Of a DNA stretch of 58,495 bases, positions 54,214 through 58,495 are shown piece after piece. Under the pieces are notes generated by a model that made no database searches, had not been told where the DNA came from, and worked only from the letters and a program-made list of their open reading frames with translations. The stretch is from a virus (taxonomy: Duplodnaviria > Caudoviricetes): positions 1 to 58,495 of IMG/VR virus record IMGVR_UViG_3300006918_000002; one strand, given 5' to 3'. A program made the translations under genes and the position numbers. Numbering within the stretch: the stretch's first letter is position 1; each line of letters starts with the position of its first letter.

Positions 54214-54380
54214 TGGTGGCCAAGATGGTCGCGGAGCGGCGGAACCCCCGAAGCGTTCGGGAGCAGCGCGCCAAGAAGGCGCGATGGTGCCGACACGAGC
54301 GGGACCGGGAGTGGGAGAGGAACCTCGAGCGCCTTCGGGAGATCATCCTGCGCGACCGGCCGCGAGGGGGTTTGTGGTGA
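54213..54380 (+). CDS. Small basic hypothetical protein
   Basis: AAGGAGG RBS; TGATG coupling. Confidence 0.45.
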   Translation: MVAKMVAERRNPRSVREQRAKKARWCRHERDREWERNLERLREIILRDRPRGGLW

Positions 54381-54613
54381 GCACCGTTCTCGGTCTCCTG
54401 TTGTGCCTGGCGGGTGCGGCGCTGCTGGCGTGGGCGACGCACGCGGTGTGGCGCGGCATGGTGCGCCACGACTCCCCCACCCCCGCCGACCGCAGCCGAC
54501 GCGCCAACGCAACCGGGGCTCATCTCTACGACGCCAGTCGCCCGCACGTGGCGAAGGTGCGCTTCACCCGTCGTCGATACGTGGGGCGGGGCAACGAAGA
54601 TCCGAGAGACTGA
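54377..54613 (+). CDS. Small membrane protein
   Basis: N-terminal TM; GTGA overlap. Confidence 0.5.
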   Translation: MSTVLGLLLCLAGAALLAWATHAVWRGMVRHDSPTPADRSRRANATGAHLYDASRPHVAKVRFTRRRYVGRGNEDPRD

Positions 54614-54713
54614 GGTCTTGTTCTCGGGTTGCACATCGCGACCCGAGTGCGCGAAGGTATGTGCTCACGCAGAAGTACCGACCCGAACGAACCACTGATC
54701 ATGGAGGAACATC

Positions 54714-55241
54714 ATGGCACGGACCAGCGCCCGAGCGGCGAAGGCGGCTCCCGCCCCGGAGCCCGAAGACACGGAAGAGGGCGCTGTCACGCGGGGTCCC
54801 GGCGAGATGCACGAGATCTTCTCCGAGTGGCTGGCGCGGGAGACCGGCGTCACGGTCGACCCGGAGCACATCTACCTCGTGACCAGCAAGCGCACGGCCT
54901 TCCGCAAGTCCGACGAGTACGCGGAGTACCAGGAGGGCAAGGACGCGCTCCGCGACCAGGCGGCGAAGGAGAAGGCCGCGCGCAAGAAGGCCGAGGCCGA
55001 GACGACCGAGGACGAGGGCGACGAGGAGACCCCCGCCCCGAAGCGGGCCACGCGTGGTCGGCGGGGCAAGGCGGTCGCCGAGACCACGGAAGCCGCGCCG
55101 GAGGAGACCCCCGTGGCCACCACCGGCCGTCGGGGTCGTCGGGCGGCAGCGGCCCCCGCGACCGAGGAGACCGAGGCGGCTTCGGCTCCCCCGCGTGGTC
55201 GGCGTGGTCGGCGCGCGGCAGCGTCCGAGCCCGCCTTCTGA
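54714..55241 (+). CDS. Probable nucleic-acid-binding protein with RGRRG repeats
   Basis: GGAGG RBS; small helical domain plus low-complexity tail ending EPAF. Confidence 0.65.
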   Translation: MARTSARAAKAAPAPEPEDTEEGAVTRGPGEMHEIFSEWLARETGVTVDPEHIYLVTSKRTAFRKSDEYAEYQEGKDALRDQAAKEKAARKKAEAETTEDEGDEETPAPKRATRGRRGKAVAETTEAAPEETPVATTGRRGRRAAAAPATEETEAASAPPRGRRGRRAAASEPAF

Positions 55242-55258
55242 TCTACCCCTTCTGAGGG

Positions 55259-55314
55259 GTCAGAGTGGTGCACCTGTTCGTCGTCCCCCGACCGGGCAGG
55301 TGTGCCGCTCTGAC
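55259..55314 (+). promoter_or_regulatory. 21-bp RNA stem-loop with several G.U pairs
   Basis: GTCAGAGTGGTGCACCTGTTC/GGGCAGGTGTGCCGCTCTGAC. Confidence 0.55.
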
Positions 55315-55351
55315 TGTTCATAAGGAACAGTGCACACGGAAAGGTTCGGCC

Positions 55352-55615
55352 ATGGCGAACAAGACTCGGAAGTACACCGTGCTCTTCGGCTGGAAGATCA
55401 CCGGCAACCGCACGCCGTTGTTCACCCACGAGACCAGCGCGACCACGGTCCAGCGGGCGATCAGCAAGACCGTCCGGGACATCAACGACGGCAAGTGGGA
55501 GGCGGCGGACGACGACAACGTCATCCCGGCTGCCCTGGAGGCGGAGCTGGACGGCGACGACGTGCGCGCGTCCGACCTGCTGGTCGTCGAGGTTACCGTC
55601 GTCGGCAAGAGGTAG
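55352..55615 (+). CDS. Hypothetical protein
   Basis: GAAAGG RBS. Confidence 0.65.
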   Translation: MANKTRKYTVLFGWKITGNRTPLFTHETSATTVQRAISKTVRDINDGKWEAADDDNVIPAALEAELDGDDVRASDLLVVEVTVVGKR

Positions 55616-55745
55616 TCATGCCACCGCTGAACCGATGCAGCGTGCGGCGCAACCGCTGGCCTCACGTGCAGTGCACAGAACCCGGTTGGCCGCAGCCTCA
55701 TCGGCCAGGCGGTCATCGTTGGTGGGGTCTCCTGCGGTGGCGGCG

Positions 55746-56810
55746 ATGACGCCCCCTCTGTTGCGAACCAGCGAGCGCAAGGACTTTCGCCGTTGCCCCT
55801 GGCTCTGGGAGAAATCCTGGATCCAGGGGCTTCGGCCTCGGCGCGAACCCACGTGGGCGATCTTCGGTAGCGCCTGGCACAAGGCGATGGAGACCCGCTA
55901 CCCTCCCGGCCGTCGGCGCGGCAGCCTCAACGACACCATCGACACCTTCCTCGACGAGATCGATGGACAGATGCGCAAGATCGGCGTCGACCTGGAGGAT
56001 CTCTACGACGACGAGGAAGACAGCGGCTTCGCCGAGGGCGCAACGAAAGCGGACGTTGAGCTGCTCCAAGCGGACGAGCTCGGGGAGCTGATGCTCCGGG
56101 GGTACGTCAACCAGTGGGGCAAGGACAGCGAGTGGGAGGTCATCCACACCGAGCAGCCCTTCCAGATCGACGTCCCCGACCCCGTCATCGTCGGCAAGGT
56201 TCTCGTGGTGTACGCGGGAACCTGGGATGCGCTCATGTGGCATCGCCCGACCGGCACCTACTGGCTGTGGGACCACAAGACCGCGAAGTCGTTCCCCAAT
56301 ACGCAGTTCCTCGACCTCGACGACCAGGCGGGATCCTACCTCTGGGTCGCGAAGGAAGTGTTGGTGCACAAGGGAATCCTGAAGCGGTCCGACGTCATCG
56401 AGGGCATCTACTTCAACTACGCCAAGAAGGCCCCGCCGGACACCCGCCCGCGCAACGCTGAGGGCAAGGCACTGAACAAAGACGGCAGCGTCAGCAAGAG
56501 GCAGCCTGCTCCCCGGTTCATGCGCCCCAAGACGTACCGCAGCCCCGAACAGCAGGTGAGCCAGGCGCGGCGGGTACAGCAAGAGGCGGAGCTCATGGCG
56601 AAGATGCGGGCGGGTGAGCTGCCCATCATCAAGAACACGAGTCACGACTGTCCGCGTTGCCCGCTGTTCGACCTGTGTGTGTTGCACGAGCAGCAGGCCG
56701 ACGGGTGGGAGGACTACCAAGACGCCTTCTACGTTGTCAAGGATGTCTATGCCGACCACCGTGAAGCCATGACCCATAACGGCTATGTGGTCACCGGAGG
56801 GACACTGTGA
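55746..56810 (+). CDS. Cas4-like PD-(D/E)XK exonuclease
   Basis: RTSER-FRRCP, FGSAWH, E-F, GTWD, DHKT, Q-Y, C-RCP-C (four Cys). Confidence 0.88.
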   Translation: MTPPLLRTSERKDFRRCPWLWEKSWIQGLRPRREPTWAIFGSAWHKAMETRYPPGRRRGSLNDTIDTFLDEIDGQMRKIGVDLEDLYDDEEDSGFAEGATKADVELLQADELGELMLRGYVNQWGKDSEWEVIHTEQPFQIDVPDPVIVGKVLVVYAGTWDALMWHRPTGTYWLWDHKTAKSFPNTQFLDLDDQAGSYLWVAKEVLVHKGILKRSDVIEGIYFNYAKKAPPDTRPRNAEGKALNKDGSVSKRQPAPRFMRPKTYRSPEQQVSQARRVQQEAELMAKMRAGELPIIKNTSHDCPRCPLFDLCVLHEQQADGWEDYQDAFYVVKDVYADHREAMTHNGYVVTGGTL

Positions 56811-57112
56811 ACACCACGAACGAGATGAACTCCGTTCCCGAAGACCCGTTGCGGGAGCGCCTGGAGCGTACCCACGAGAACTTCGCTGCGGAGGCGCACG
56901 CCAAGGAGAGTCGGGCGGAGGAGCTCGAGCAGGAAGCGGCTCGGTTGCGCGCGGAGGCGTGCGGGCTGCGGACGGCCCAGAAGGGGGTGAGCGAAGCCAT
57001 TCGCGACTTCGTTGCGGCACAGGAGAACAACGCGAAGCGCTTCGCCGATCGGGGAGACGACCAGCCCGAGGTTCGGTACGACGCCCGCGCTCACGCCAAC
57101 CGGCACCCGTGA
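56807..57112 (+). CDS. Coiled-coil hypothetical protein
   Basis: GGAGG RBS; coupled. Confidence 0.6.
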   Translation: MNTTNEMNSVPEDPLRERLERTHENFAAEAHAKESRAEELEQEAARLRAEACGLRTAQKGVSEAIRDFVAAQENNAKRFADRGDDQPEVRYDARAHANRHP

Positions 57113-57942
57113 TGACCGCCCCCCGACGCACCCGCCGCAGCACGGGACGCCCTACGGCCATTACGAAGCTGACCGACAGCCCGATGTACCACAACTGGCT
57201 GTTCTACAGCGACCCGGGCGTCGGTAAGACCGTGCTGTGCGGCACCGCGCCCCGAAGCCTGTTCCTCACCGTCGAGGCCGAGGGCACGCAGTCCGCCGCG
57301 ACCGCAGGCAGTGACGCGGAGCAGTGGATCATCAACAGCTACAAGGAGTTCGAGGAGGCGCACGACTACTTCAAGCGCGGGTCCGGATGCCAGGACTACG
57401 ACTGGGTCCACCTGGACAGCGGCAGCGAGCTCGACGACAAGGTGTGCAACTACCTGACCGAGCAGGGGAACAAGAAGAACTCCCGCCGCAGCGTCCACAA
57501 GATGGCGCTCGAGGACTACCAGATCCGAGACTCGATGATGCTGGACATCATCGACAGCTTCAACCGGATGCCGATCAACACGACGTACACCGCGCACGTG
57601 ATGCGGTTCGGCACGGAGACGGAAGATGGTGAGGCGGCAACGCTTCTCCTCCCTCTCCTCGGTTCTACGAACACGGGCAAGCTCGCCACGAAGGTATGTG
57701 GCAAAGTAACCCTGGTCGGGCACCTTGAGGTCGAGGCCACGAAGACCAACGACGGCAAGACGCGTACGTTCCGCAGGCTCTACACGGAAGCCACCCCGGG
57801 TGTGTTCGCCAAGAACCGCGTGGGGCTCGGGCCGTACGTTGACCACCCGACCATCCCGAAGCTTCTCGAACTCATCGAGGAGACTCGGGGCACCGCCCGC
57901 CGGTCCACCAGGGCCGCGCGACGCACGACACGGAGGGCATGA
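57112..57942 (+). CDS. AAA_24/Sak4-like RecA-fold ATPase (recombinase)
   Basis: YSDPGVGKT, E-G, VHLDSGSE, YTAH, FAKNR; lies between exonuclease and SSB. Confidence 0.85.
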   Translation: MTAPRRTRRSTGRPTAITKLTDSPMYHNWLFYSDPGVGKTVLCGTAPRSLFLTVEAEGTQSAATAGSDAEQWIINSYKEFEEAHDYFKRGSGCQDYDWVHLDSGSELDDKVCNYLTEQGNKKNSRRSVHKMALEDYQIRDSMMLDIIDSFNRMPINTTYTAHVMRFGTETEDGEAATLLLPLLGSTNTGKLATKVCGKVTLVGHLEVEATKTNDGKTRTFRRLYTEATPGVFAKNRVGLGPYVDHPTIPKLLELIEETRGTARRSTRAARRTTRRA

Positions 57943-58495
57943 ACAGCATGGCAGTTCGCGGAGCCAAGGCGCGGAAGGTTGCGCCTACGGAAGGGATCTC
58001 GGGGTCCTACGACGACGTGGAGCACCGGGAGAAGGACTTCGAGCCGTACGACGGCCCGGACCCGAAGCCGGGCCTGTACCCGGGCAAGCTCTCGAAGGTC
58101 GGCCAGCACACCACGTCCGACGACGCGGTCGTGTGGATCTTCACGATCGACGGCGGTCAGTACGACGGGTGGCCCGGATGGGTCTACACGAACGGCAGCA
58201 CCGCCAAGTGGAAGCAGGAGCAGATCCTGGTCGCCCTCGGTCTCATGGAGGAGGGCGGTTCGGTCAACCTGACGTACGAGCAGATCCTCAAGAAGGCCGG
58301 TCCCGTCCGCCTGCGGGTGCAGAACGAGGAGTACAACGACGAGCTGCGCCCGAAGATCCGCACGGTGCTGAAGGCCGCGTCCGCGACGGTCGCCAGCGAG
58401 CCGGAGGAGGAAGAGGACGAGCCCGACGAGGACTTCGACGACGCCCCGAAGGCCACGCGTGCCCAGCGCCGCAAGGGGAAGGCCGAGCCGGAGCC
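57939..58495 (+). CDS. SSB-like protein (DUF669/gp2.5-like N-terminus), continues at 1..423
   Basis: YDGPDP-PGLY...VRLRV-E-YN-RPKI; follows the Sak4-like gene; no stop before the window end. Confidence 0.7.
   Translation, partial: MNSMAVRGAKARKVAPTEGISGSYDDVEHREKDFEPYDGPDPKPGLYPGKLSKVGQHTTSDDAVVWIFTIDGGQYDGWPGWVYTNGSTAKWKQEQILVALGLMEEGGSVNLTYEQILKKAGPVRLRVQNEEYNDELRPKIRTVLKAASATVASEPEEEEDEPDEDFDDAPKATRAQRRKGKAEPE
58485..58495 (+). repeat. 11-nt terminal direct repeat of bases 1-11 (circular assembly overlap)
   Basis: GAGCCGGAGCC at both ends; merging restores the reading frame. Confidence 0.65.

Noticed and set aside
55746-56810. Cas4-like gene as a sign of CRISPR-Cas
   Set aside because: No repeat-spacer array or other cas genes; it sits in a standard exonuclease-Sak4-SSB recombination module
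1-58495. Prophage or temperate lifestyle; reverse transcriptase/DGR or retron
   Set aside because: No integrase, parAB, repressor cassette, host flanks or YxDD reverse transcriptase recognised

Overview
The window looks like a complete, circularly permuted genome of a virulent, high-GC actinobacterial siphophage of about 58.5 kb. The last 11 nt repeat the first 11 nt, and merging them restores one reading frame across the junction. All credible genes are on the + strand, and no integrase, repressor module, canonical tRNA or CRISPR array was recognised. The modules run in this order: non-coding ori-like region; Toprim-primase/MCM-helicase fusion; a nucleotide-enzyme cluster wrapped around a phage DnaE polymerase (PDG-like protein, FAD oxidoreductase, HAD, DUF1599-like, VOC-like, SDR, DUF4406-like, atypical ThyX, MazG); RuvC-like resolvase; terminase, portal, head and tail genes; lysis cassette; an early region punctuated by four covarying hairpin/promoter repeats; and SNF2 helicase, Cas4-like nuclease, Sak4-like ATPase and SSB. 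The best candidate for an undescribed system is the putative pyrimidine hypermodification pathway built on the atypical ThyX plus FAD, SDR and VOC enzymes. Second is the early-region structured repeat family. All product calls come from reading motifs by eye; no searches were run.
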